In this document: positions 48,453-59,136 of the stretch, one piece after another
Layout: each line of letters starts with the position of its first letter
How positions within the stretch are numbered: position 1 is the stretch's first letter
Assembly (NCBI RefSeq): GCF_009914755.1
Contig: NC_060934.1
Source: the human T2T-CHM13v2.0 reference genome, Homo sapiens
Direction: 5' to 3' (one strand)
DNA length: 64,000 nucleotides
The notes under the pieces: generated by a model
Told to the model about the DNA's origin: nothing
Database searches by the model: none
The model's input: the letters and a program-made list of their open reading frames with translations, nothing else
Made by a program: the position numbers and the translations under genes

Positions 48453-51400
48453 TGACGGCAATCGTGGGCCATCCAGAGCAGCTGCTGTCATTATGCCAGC
48501 TGCATTGGTGAGGTGAGAGCGGTGGCAGCAGGAGTGGTTGTGGGAGCAGCAGTGGCGGCAGTGGGTCCTCTGTGGCCTGAGTCCCTGAGGCAGTCAACCG
48601 CACCACCCCCACCCTTGCATGGCCAGGCAGAACCTGTTCCCAGGCCCAGAGCCTCTGCTGTGGCCTTAACCTTGCTCCCTGCCATGTCCCACGGGCCCAT
48701 AAGCACCAGGCCAAATGTGCAGCCAGGACTCATGGGGCTGGCCCCAGGAACATTGGAGTCATTTTTGTGGGGTTGGCCAGGTCCACTGTACCACCTTCAT
48801 CTCACCCATTGCCCTGGGAGCCATCGCAATGAGGCCAGGCCAGGTCACCTGCTGGTGGAGGAGCAGCATGGTCAGGCATGAAGGGCGGGCAGAAGTGGAG
48901 CTGGGTCTGGGGCAGTGCTGTGCTCCATGGAGCCAGTGGGAGCTGGGAGCAGGCAAGATTCCTGCACTCCCATGTGTGGCTGCAGCTGCCCAAGTTGTGG
49001 CTGCAGACCCAGGCATTTTGCACTCTTGGGGGGCCTGGGAAGGCCCCCTCCCTTGCCCACACAGGCTTGGAGGTGTCTGCTCCCATTGCCTGGCCTCTCC
49101 TTGCTTTCAGTGCCCACTCCAATCATGGAGCAAAGTTGAGGCTGAGCCCAGGTGCTGTTGCAACCTGACAGGGTGTGTGCTTGCTTGGGACAGTGCTGAC
49201 AGGCCAGCCCCTGCCACCTTGGCCCCCTCTAGACTTTGGGCACCAATGAGCATGGGAGGGAGGCCCAGTGGGTGCTGAGGGAAGCTTGGCAGTGGCCTGC
49301 AGGCATCCCTTGGCACAAACAGTCTGGGTGCCATGAATGGTGGCAGGCATCAGACAAGATCCTGGGAAGAAGAGGGGAGGGTCCCCAGTGAAGCCCCACC
49401 TTCAGACAGGGGAGGTGGTGCCTTTTCCAGACCTGTCCATGGCCACCCATGGACCAATGGACATGTACTTCCTCCCTGCTGAGGCCCATAAAAGCCCTGC
49501 ACTCAGCCAGACTCAAGGAGATGATGGGACAACCAACTGCAGAGAGGAGCTGCCCACCCCAGGGTCTCCTCTTTGCTGAGGGCTGAGGAGATGATGGGAC
49601 ATCTAGTTGCAGAAAGAAATTAACCTCTCTTCTGAGAGCTTGACAGTCATCAGGATGACCTGCCTCACAGAGAGGAGCCTCTCTGCTGAGAGCTGAACAC
49701 TCGTTGGAACACTCTGGCTACAGAGAGGAGTTCCCCACTGCAGATCTCCTCTGAGCTGTTCTATTGCTCAATAAAACTCCTCTTTATCTTGTTGACCCTC
49801 CAGTTGTCTGTGTACATTCTTCCTGGATGGAGTACAAGAACTTGGGACCCGCTGAATGGTGGGGCTAAAAAAGCTGTAACACAAACAGGGCTGAAACACG
49901 CCCCTTGCATGCCATATTGTGGGTGACAAGAAGGAAAGAATAGAGAAGGAAAGAAGGGCTGTGGCCCTTTGGGGATCCCAGACCTGGAAGCTCCCTGAGC
50001 CAAGGCTGTGACATCCTTTTTAGGTCTCTGTGGTTCCTGGCATCCCCAAGCTTCTGGGCACCACACCACGTTTCTTGGTGTTAGCTGTTGATATAGTTTG
50101 GCTTTATTCCCACCCAAGTCTCATCTTGAGCTTTAGCTCCCATAATCCCCATGTGTTGTTGGAGGGACCTGGTGGGAGGTAATTGAATCATGGGAGCAGG
50201 TTTTTTCCATGCTGTTCTCATGATAGTGAATAAGTGTCATGAGATTTGATGGTTTTATAAAGGGCAGTTCCTCTTCGCATGCTCTCTTGTCTGCCACCAT
50301 GTAAGACATGCTTTGGCTCCTCTTTTGCCCTCCATCATATTTATGAGGCTTCCCCATCCATGTGGAACTGTGAGTCTTTTAAATCTCTTTCCTCTGTAAG
50401 TCTTGGGTATATCCTTATAGCGGCTTGAGAGCAGACTAATACAGTAAATTGGTACCGGTAGAGGGGGGTACTGCTATTAAGATACCCTAAAATGTGTAAT
50501 TTACTTTAGAACTGGGTAACAGATAGAGGTTGGAACAGTTTGGAGGGCTTAGAAGAAGACAGAAGGCTGTGGGAAAGTGTGGAGCTTCCTAGAGACTTGT
50601 TGAATGGTTTTGACCAAAATGCTGATAGTGATATAGATGATGAAGTCCAGGCTGAGCTGTTCCAGATAGAGATAAGGAACTTGTTGGGAACTGGAGCAAA
50701 GGTGATTCTTACTATGTTTTAGCAAAGAGACTGGTGGCATTCTGCCCCTGCCCTAGAGATCTGTGGAACGTTTTACTTGAAAGAGAGGATTTAGGGTATC
50801 TAGCAGAAGAAATTTCTAAGCAGCAAGGTGATCAAGAGATGACTTGGGTGCTTTTAAAAGCATTTAGTTTTATTCATTCACAAAGATATGATTTATAATT
50901 GGAACTTATGTTTAAAAGAGAAGCAGAGCATACAATTTTGGAAAATTTGCAGCCTGGCAATGCAGTAAAAAAGAAAAACCCATTTTCTGAGAAGAAATTC
51001 TAGCTGGCTGCAGAAATTTACATAAGTAACAAGGAAATGCAGAAATTTGCATAATCACCAAGACAATGGTGAAAAATGTCTGTAGGGCATGTCAGAGGTC
51101 TTCATGGCAGTCCCTCCCATCACAGGCCTGGAGGCCCAGGGGGAGAAAATGGTTTCGTGGGCTGGCTCCAGGGCTCCCCTGCTTTGTGCAGTCTTAGGAC
51201 TTGGTGCCCCGTGTGTCCGCTGTGGCTAAAAGGGGCCAAGGTACAGCTCAGACCATTGCTTCAGAGGGTCAAGCCCCAAACCTTGGTGGCTTCCACGTGT
51301 TTTTGGGCCTGTGGGTGCACAGAAGTCAAGAATTGAGGTTTGGGAACCTCTGCCTAGATTTCAGAGGATGCATAGAAACACCTGGATGTCCAGGCAGAGG

Positions 51401-52757
51401 TGTGCTGCAGGGGTGGGTCCCTCATGAAGAACCTCTTCTAGGGCAGTGCAGAAGGAAAATGTGTGGTGGGAACCCCAACACTGCGTCCCCACTGGGGCAC
51501 TGCCTAGTGGAGCTGTGAGAAGAGGACCACCATCCTCCAGATCTCAGAATGGTAGATCCACCAACAGCTAGCACTGTGTGCCTGGAAAAGCCACAGACAC
51601 TCAACACTAGCCCATGAAAGCAGCCAGGAGGTGGACTTTACCCTGCAAAGCCATAGAGGCAGAGCTGCCCAAGACCATGGGAACCCCTTCTTGCATCAGC
51701 ATGACCTGGTTGTGAGACATGCAGTTAAAGGAGATCATTTTGGAGCTTTAAGATTTGACTGTCCTGCTGGATTTTAGACTTTCATGAGGCCTGTAGCCCC
51801 TTTATGTTGGCCAATTTATCCCATTTGGAATGGGTGTATTTACCCAATGCCTGTAACCCCATTGTATCCAGGAAGTAACTGACTTGTTTTTGATCTTATA
51901 GGTTCATAGGTGGAGGGGGCTTACCTTGTCCCAGATTAGACATTGGACTGTGGACTTTTGAGTTAATGCTGAAATGAATTAAGACTTTGGGGAACAGTTG
52001 GGAAGGCATGATTTGTTTTGAAATGTGAGGACATGAGATTTGGGAGGGGCTGGGGTGGAATGATATGGTTTGGCTATGTCCCCACCCAAATCTCATCTTG
52101 AATTGTTCCTATCCTAATCCCCATATATCATGGGAGGGAACTGGTGGGAAGTAATTGAATCATGGGGGTGAGTTTTTCCCATGCTGTTATCTTGAAAGTG
52201 AATAAGTCTCACGAGATCTGATGGTTTTATAAAGGGCAGTTCTCCTGCACACGTTCTCCTGCTTGCTGCTATGTGAGATGTGCCTTTGCTTCTCTTTTGC
52301 CTTCCGCCATGATTGTGAGGCCTCCCCAGCCATGTGGAACTGTGAGTCAATTAAGACTCTTTCCTTTGTAAATTACCCAGTCTTGGGTATGTTCTTATAA
52401 CAGCATGAGAGTGGACTAATACAGCCATCGAAGCTGCTTATGGTACACCTGGTTCAGCTGCAGTCTCACAGGGAGCCAGTGCCCTTGCCAGTGCCTAGAG
52501 CTGTCCTCCCTTCTGCAGCTGGTGTGCCTTGCTGCACACAGTGTGTGGACCCCACACTCACTCACACACCCCCACTGCTCCACACCTGGCTTGCCCTTGG
52601 CAGGTGTGGGATCCAGGCTGGTAGCAGGAGCCAAGGGCAGCCTTCCAGGCTGAGTGGGCATAATGTGCCTAGCAGGCCTGAGCAAAAGTCAGGCCGAGGA
52701 GCCACTGGCCACAGAGGTTTCTGGCTGGCAAAATGACACTCCAAGGATCCCGTAGCA
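48453..52757 (+). mobile_element. MER52 (ERV1) long GC-rich solo LTR, ~2 kb, split by THE1
   Basis: TGACGGCA...GGATCCCGTAGCA termini and 4-bp TSD ATAA (48449-52, 52758-61). Internal 'gcagagaggagc' repeats and AATAAA near 49770. Confidence 0.85.
50089..52423 (+). mobile_element. Complete THE1 (THE1C/D-like): LTR 50089-50443, internal region, LTR 52061-52423
   Basis: TGATAT...TAATACA termini and MaLR-int remnants. TSD GCTGT (50084-88) / GCCAT (52424-28). Confidence 0.95.
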
Positions 52758-53491
52758 ATAACTCTTAATTTTTATATTTTTATCAATTTTTATCAAAGGC
52801 TACTCATGGAGCAGCTACCCTCATGGAGGAGAAACAAGTGCTACTTAACAAGCAGCCCCTCAGCCTAAACCCAAACTAAACATTAGTTGAGCATCACTAT
52901 ATTTACAGTTTTTTTTTTAAACTAGGTTAACTGAACTAATTTCCTAATCTTAAAAATGTATAATTTTGTTTAGGAGGTAACAGAGATGAAGTAGCGAGGG
53001 AATCATGGTGGTGGGTACAGCAAGAAAATATGCCTTGCAAGTTTATTGAAAATTTACAATTCTTCATAAAAAAAAATAAGCCAAGACCACTTGTATACTT
53101 CAAGGCAAAAGCATGAAAACAGTAGCACATTTGGTTCCGTACAGGCCCTGCTGTCTTGGAGGTGGAGTCAGTACAGCAGGATGATCTGCTTTTATTGATT
53201 TTAATTGACAAAGTTTTTTTTCTTTCCTTTGAGATCATAAAATTATTTATTAATAGAATAACAAGTTTGAGGTAGCTAATAATTCATGTTTCTGTGTTTT
53301 ATGTAATAAAATCAGGAGGCATTTCTTTCAAGTTCAAGGAATATTTTATTTGGCAATATGTACCAGATCTAATCAATTCAATTTTTTAAACATTCATTTT
53401 TTTATGTTGGCTGTAGAGTTAGTTTATAGCAGAGAGATACTTTAATTACAATAAACTTTCAGATCTTCCATAAGAATTTAAAATTCTCAAC

Positions 53492-53518
53492 TGAGTCACT
53501 GTTGCAGTGCTGAGTCAT
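53492..53518. promoter_or_regulatory. Paired AP-1 sites, the second a full MARE/ARE (TGCTGAGTCAT)
   Basis: TGAGTCA at 53492-98 and 53511-17; TGCTGAGTCAT at 53508-18. Motif match only. Confidence 0.35.
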
Positions 53519-53699
53519 ATCATCATGAAATCAGTGATGTTCTATGTTCTAATGAATAGCATTAACCTCTGAATTTCAGCAAGGTAAAATATTTCAAGAA
53601 TTCTAATGTGGTCTTAGTATCTAAGACTTAGTTTACCTGGTTTACCTTAGTTTACAAATCCTTGCTGGATGAATATTTAGTAAATCTAACTTACAACAA

Positions 53700-54470
53700 A
53701 CTCCACATGCTATATTCGTAGTGTCGCGACGTCGTAACGGAAGTAATGATACCCCATTGAATTGCTCCTCTCAGGATCCTTTGATTCTTTCTTTCTGCCT
53801 AACATTTTAGCTCTGAAGTGTCCCGAGTCTCACCACTTGGATCTATTTCCTGATAGTATGTTTAGAGGTTCTAGCAGGGGAACACAGCAGCTTGTGTACC
53901 CTTGAGTGAAGAATGGTTCTCCTCTATTTGGGAAGGTCATCCTCTTTGACCTAGCAAGTAGCTTCAGGAAGGACACACATGGAGTAGTGAGGAAGGAAAA
54001 AGACACTTGCCAAGTCAGCCAGATTAGCTGAATCAATCCTGGCAATCAATGAGGTGGCAGATGTTGCAGCCGGATTACTCTCATATTTTTGGATCTGTTT
54101 CCTTCACTGACTGAAGGCACTGCTTAGTGATTTAGTCTTATCTAATCTCACGGATTTATCTATGATCTTTATGCAAATGATTCACAAATTATACAGCCCA
54201 GACATCTCTTCTAAACTTCATACTAGTTTATCAAACTACCTATTTGAGATGTAGATCTAAATTTTTGAATAATCACTTCACCGTGAGCATTTCCAAAACT
54301 GAACTTCTGATCTTTTCCCTAAATCTAAAGACTTTCTCAGATCAGTTAAATGACAACTCCATACTTAAGTTTGCTCAGGCCAAAAACGCTGGAGTCATCC
54401 TTTATTTTTCTTTTCCTCTTATACCCTGTATTTAACCCATTAGGCCATCATGGTGGCACTACCTTTTTCA
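53700..54470 (+). mobile_element. L2 remnant (host of the 7SK copy)
   Basis: 'aaattatacagcccagacatctcttctaaacttc...ttccaaaactgaacttctgatc...gctcaggccaaaaacgctggagtcatcc'. Confidence 0.75.
53852..54088 (-). pseudogene. 7SK snRNA retropseudogene, 5' end present, 3'-truncated at about nt 235, no poly(A) tail
   Basis: Reverse complement reads ATATGAGAGTAATCCGGCTGCAACATCTGCCACCTCATTGATTGCCAGGATTGATTCAGCT...CCCCTGCTAGAACCTCTAAACA, colinear with 7SK. 15-bp TSD TTGGATCT(A/G)TTTCCT at 53837-53851 and 54089-54103. Confidence 0.93.
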
Positions 54471-54489
54471 GACTATGTCTGTGTCTGGT

Positions 54490-54635
54490 GGAATAGTTAT
54501 TCTCATTAATTAAAGACAGTAAGGCTCAGAGATGTTAAGAGAACAGCCCAAATCCACACGGTTGGGAAGTGACGAAGTCAGATTTCAAATTTGTCTTTTC
54601 TGACTGACCACAACTAATATGCTCTTTCCATAATA
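54490..54635 (-). mobile_element. MIR
   Basis: 'aggctcagagatgttaag...cccaaatccacac'. Confidence 0.65.
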
Positions 54636-55736
54636 CTAGTGCTTCTCCTAAATACATGTTATAGTTACTTCTTTTATTTACATAGTTTAGAAATATGATT
54701 TGACCTATTGTATAACTGGAGCTTTATAAACAGTACATGTTATTTTTATTAGGTTCTGTACGCATTCTTTATGCATGCTGCGGTTATTTCCTAAATACTT
54801 GCTAACTCAGTTGAATTGACTGGTACTCTTGCTATTTTATTTTGCTCTGGGTTAGGAAATGTGTTTTCAATTGCAGCATATAAATTGGATATGTGTGTGT
54901 TAGATGGAAAAGAAGAGGGTATTAATGAAATTAAAATATTCAAGAAGGTCCTTTAGAGAGCTCTTTTTCAGAGATTTCTTGCTGCATCTCTGACTTTAGA
55001 ATAAGTATTAGCTTTTTTATCTTACATACAAATACTTATCTAATTGCTGGAGTTTTTGTGATATGTAATATTGATCCTAATGCTAATCATTTAAGCTTAG
55101 ATTATGGAATTATTTAAATTATTTAAAATTTTATCTCAAGGGCCTCTGAAAAGAGGGACATCTTATAATTCTTAAATTCACTAGATTCTAAGTTCCTTTA
55201 ATAGATTATAGTGGTAAAAAGGCAATGTGTTGGAATCATGGTAGAGCAATATCATGAAAGAAATTTCAGTGTTGGTTAGATTATTTAAATGCTCCAGTTT
55301 TACTGATGTAGTTTTTGTAGTTTAGTAGAAGTTATTCCTTGCTATGTAATTAAATGTAGCAACAATGAAGTAGGTTAAGCTAAATTTTACTTGGTTAAAA
55401 TTATATCTTTTGCTTGCTAGGTTATATCCTTGACCCTTGAAAGAAGTCAAGATTAAATTTTGGGGAGATGTCTATTGTTTATGATAGTGAAATATTTTGA
55501 AAGCTGTTTTTCTTCCTTATATGTATATGTAAAACATTTATCTATTAAACAGATTTTAGGTAAACAGCCCTGGAATAATTAATTCATCTTTATTTTTATC
55601 TTCTAAATTTGCATTTTTAAATTTACTTGTTTTATTATTTTATCAATTTGTGTTATTTTGATTGATTCCAGGATAAAATTTGATGACTATTTAATTCATA
55701 AAAGCAATTTTCACATCTTAAATTTTACTATCTGTT

Positions 55737-55772
55737 TACCTACCTACCTGCCTATCTACCCACCTACCTACC
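55737..55772. repeat. Imperfect (TACC)n
   Basis: Seen directly. Confidence 0.8.
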
Positions 55773-56154
55773 TTTGCTTTGATAGAAACATTCAGTATGG
55801 AATCACTTTTGAAATACTCTTATAGGCTTTGGAACAATTTCTTAAAGCAATAAGATGATATGTGAGGCATTAAAAAGAAAAACTATGTCTAGTAATTAAC
55901 TCATTCCATTGCCACAGGAAGTAAAGATGTGTGCAACTGCAGCTGTAATGGCATAAATTTAGAAAGGAAACTTAATTTACTGCTTCTAAAAAAAATTGTT
56001 GGCACAACAAAACTGAAAAGTTCAAAAAAGAGCTATTTTATTTCTGGAAAATGTGTTAGTTTTCTGTTACCATTTGCAATGATGGATATCTGCGAGCCTT
56101 TATACCATGAGATAAGCCATGATCAACTATGTTGCTGTCTTTTCTTCTTCATAG

Positions 56155-56257
56155 TGTATGCCAATTAAAGGCCTAGGATTCGTTCTTGGAGCCTATGAGT
56201 GCATTTGCAAAGCAGGATTCTATCATCCTGGAGTCTTACCAGTGAACAACTTTCGGA
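56155..56257 (+). CDS. GPR158: Internal coding exon of GPR158 (class C-like GPCR; cysteine-rich/EGF-like extracellular stalk), probably exon 3
   Basis: Acceptor ttttcttcttcatAG|TGT (AG 56153-54) and donor CGGA|GTAAGT (56258-63). 103 bp, phase 0 in and phase 1 out. Translation CMPIKGLGFVLGAYECICKAGFYHPGVLPVNNFR matches GPR158 as I recall it and includes a CxCxxGFY EGF-like motif. Confidence 0.95.
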
Positions 56258-56602
56258 GTAAGTGCCCTTTGTTTCTATGTATATATATGTATATACATCA
56301 TATATACTATTATTACGAAGATTTTCTTTTATCCTTGTTGGAGTTATATGGTTGAATAATCATTGGTTTGGCATTCTTTCATCACTTAAGGAGTTTTAGT
56401 TTTAGTTTGTCATCTACAATGCTCTGGAGAACCACTAAAATATTCCTAAAATATTCTTAGGTATATATTAGTTTTTAATACATTTTAAAAGTCTGAAAAT
56501 ATTGTAGCTATCTGGTAAGACCAATGGGGATTTAGTTATTGAAAGATGCTGCTACAGAAAGTTCCTAAAACTAATTTTGTCAGTTTATTTTATTTATCAA
56601 GG

Positions 56603-57440
56603 TGTTTATATGTTTTTAATGCTGCATAAAAAGTTACCATAAAGTGAGCAGCTTAAAGCAGCACAGATTCGTTATCATTCGGTTCCCATTGGTTAGGTTC
56701 CTAGGTCTGGGTTAGCTGGGTCCTAAACTCAAGGTTTCATCACTCTAAAATCAAGATGTTGGCTGGGTATAGTGGCTCACGCTTGTAATCCTAGCAATTT
56801 GGGTGGCTGAGGTGGGAGGATCGCTTGAGCTCAGGAGTTCAAAACCCGCCTGGACAACATAGTGAGACCTTGTCTCAATAATAATAATAATACAATGCAG
56901 AGATCATCTTCAAAAAAATACAAGTCTACTTGCTGTTATTTGCATTATCTGACCTCTATAAACAATCATGACCAGAGCCATGTCTTCATAAAGTTAATAA
57001 TAAAATATTACATGTAGAAATTTATAGTTTCAAAAAATAAAAATAAAAGCAAATAAAGGTCTCACTTGGGTGTGATCTTCTCAGAGGCTCAGGGTCCTCT
57101 TCAAAGCTCCTTAGGATTGTTGGAAGAATTCAGTTCCTTGCATTTGTAGGCCTGAGGCCCTTATTTTCTGGCTGGATGTCAGCCTGGGGTCACTCTTAGT
57201 TCCTAAAAGTTCCCTCAAGACCTAGCTATGTTACCCTTTCACAACATGGCTGATTCCTTTTTCAAGGCTACCAGGAGAATCTCCCTCACCTGCTAAGACA
57301 GAGTCTTAAATGACAGAGTATAATCATGGGAGTGCCTCTCCTATCACTTCAGCATATAACATAGCCCAACCAAAAGAGAGAATGTCCCATCATATTTACG
57401 GATCCACCCACATTCAAACAGAAGTGATTATACAGGGCTT
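56603..57440 (-). mobile_element. MaLR LTR (MLT1E/F/G-like) split by the FLAM insertion
   Basis: 'gcttaaagcagcacagatt', 'ttggaagaattcagttccttgcatttgtaggcctgaggccc', 'cccacattcaa'. Confidence 0.75.
56761..56892 (+). mobile_element. FLAM_C-like Alu monomer with (AAT)n tail
   Basis: GGCTGGGTATAGTGGCTCACG...GGATCGCTTGAGCTCAGGAGTTC...CAACATAGTGAGACCTTGTCTC; no right arm. Confidence 0.88.
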
Positions 57441-57961
57441 CTATTCCAGAATTGAAACTTGGTCATCTGGTTATTTTATTCCTACTCCAGAAAATGTCAG
57501 TGTTACAATTCAAGTATTGAGTATTATTCTCTCTCCGGAGAATAAACTCTTGCCACATCACCTTATAGCTATTGGATATAATACCCAAGAAGAAAGACTG
57601 TAGTGGTAACAGGGGTGGTTTCATGGAAAGTTAGGGTTTGGGAGTTGCTAAAACTAGAGTACAGGTCTCTTTTAAATAGTTACCCATAAATCTTTGCCAG
57701 CCCTATTATCTGTGTAGGAATTTGGATTTCACTGAGGCATAGTTCAAAGGGTTCATTGAGATTGAGACCTGAATGTCTTCCTCTGGGAATTTTGGTAGAC
57801 ATTTATAGATTTTTATACAGTTCTTTTTCTCTCTCTTAGAAGGCACTATTCTTGGTCTTGAGACTGTTTACATTTAACTTGTAGGTTCTGGAGGTGAGAA
57901 ACATTTTGCCGTCTCCTCCGCCACATATTTCAGAGTTTAGTCCTTGTTCTGAGTGAGTTGT

Positions 57962-58535
57962 TGTAGGCAGAATTCTAAGGTGGCCTCCCAGGTTCTGCTT
58001 CCACATCCTCTTAAGTGTGGGTGTCATCTATGAATTTGCTGGGATAGTCACTCCCTTGCTTAGGTTCTGTTATTTAGCAACATAAGAGAGTGAGGATATA
58101 GTCACTTTTGTGATTATATTATTTTATCTAAGACTCCATCATAGCAGACTGGAAGGAGAGAGAGAATCTTCTACTGGCTTTGAAGAAGTAAGCTACTTTG
58201 TTGGGAGAGAGCCACGTGGTTGGGGCTTGAGAGCAGCCTCTAAGAACTGAGAGCAAACCCCACTAATAGCCCATGAGAAAACAGGGACTTCGACTACTAC
58301 AATTGCAGGGAAGTAAATTCTTCCAACAGCCTGAATACTCTCAGAAGAGGACCGTGAGCTCCAGATGAGAATGCAGCCTAGCCAAAACCTTGATTTCAGC
58401 CTGGTGAGGCCCTAAACAGAGAACCCAGTTACACTGTGCCAAGACTTCTATTCAATAGAAACAGGGAAATAATAAACAGACATCTTAAGCCCCTAAACTT
58501 TTGATCATTTGTAATGCAGCAATTGCAAATATACA
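57962..58535 (+). mobile_element. MaLR LTR (MLT1E/F/G-like)
   Basis: TGTAGGCAGAATTCTAAG start, 'ctggctttgaagaagtaagct', 'ccagatgagaatgcagcc', ...ATACA end. Confidence 0.8.
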
Positions 58536-59136
58536 ATAGCAATCCTGGTAATATATTTTAAGGATGATTATGCTTTTTGGTGTGTGTGTGCCAGACCATG
58601 GCGACACCGGAGCTACTCTGGCATTTTTCACGTTTATGGTCCAGACATAACATATGATTCAACACTGAAAGATTAAGGGAAAAGGTTTTAGCTTATGTTC
58701 TGTGAAGGTATTTTGTATCTGGTTTACCCACATTTGTTCTCAGCTCCCACTATGTGACTGAAATAAAACATCTAAATATTGTAGAATCAGAGAATGACTA
58801 TGCCATTTGCTTATAACACTACCAGGAGAAACTGGTTAACCTTTAACAACTTATCTTTATTTAATTTGCACACTCCTACTTTCTTCCTTATTTTAAAAGC
58901 CAGTGTTTTCTTACTGGACCTACACTCTAAGAAAAGGCTGCTTCTCTGTGTAAGTCTAACTCCCATGTTATACCCATTGCAGCCATGAAAGAGAGGCCAC
59001 TCTTTTCAGGAAGATGATGTATAATTGAGTTTAGCTTTGATTCAGCTTTGACCTCAGCACATACTTAGCCAAGACCAACCTTCCTCACTGACAGAGCAGA
59101 ACAGTCGCTGCATGTTGTAATTTGAAGCCAGTAAAG

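Noticed and set aside
49515-49760. Spaced 'gcagagaggagc' and 'gagatgatgggac' repeats resembling an array
   Set aside because: Degenerate internal repeats of the MER52-type LTR, with no constant repeat-spacer structure. Not CRISPR-like.
48400-50117. Dense cluster of overlapping ORFs (up to 187 aa) in a GC-rich island
   Set aside because: It lies within the MER52 LTR. High GC reduces stop codons, CpGs are decayed, and no protein is recognisable, so it is neither a gene nor a CpG-island promoter.
53751-53766. ACCCCATTGA matching 7SK in sense orientation near the pseudogene
   Set aside because: Only 10 nt, and explicable as diverged L2 sequence; likely chance.
56158-56355. 65-aa ORF as a standalone gene
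   Set aside because: Only the part to 56257 is exon. The remainder is read-through past a consensus GTAAGT donor.
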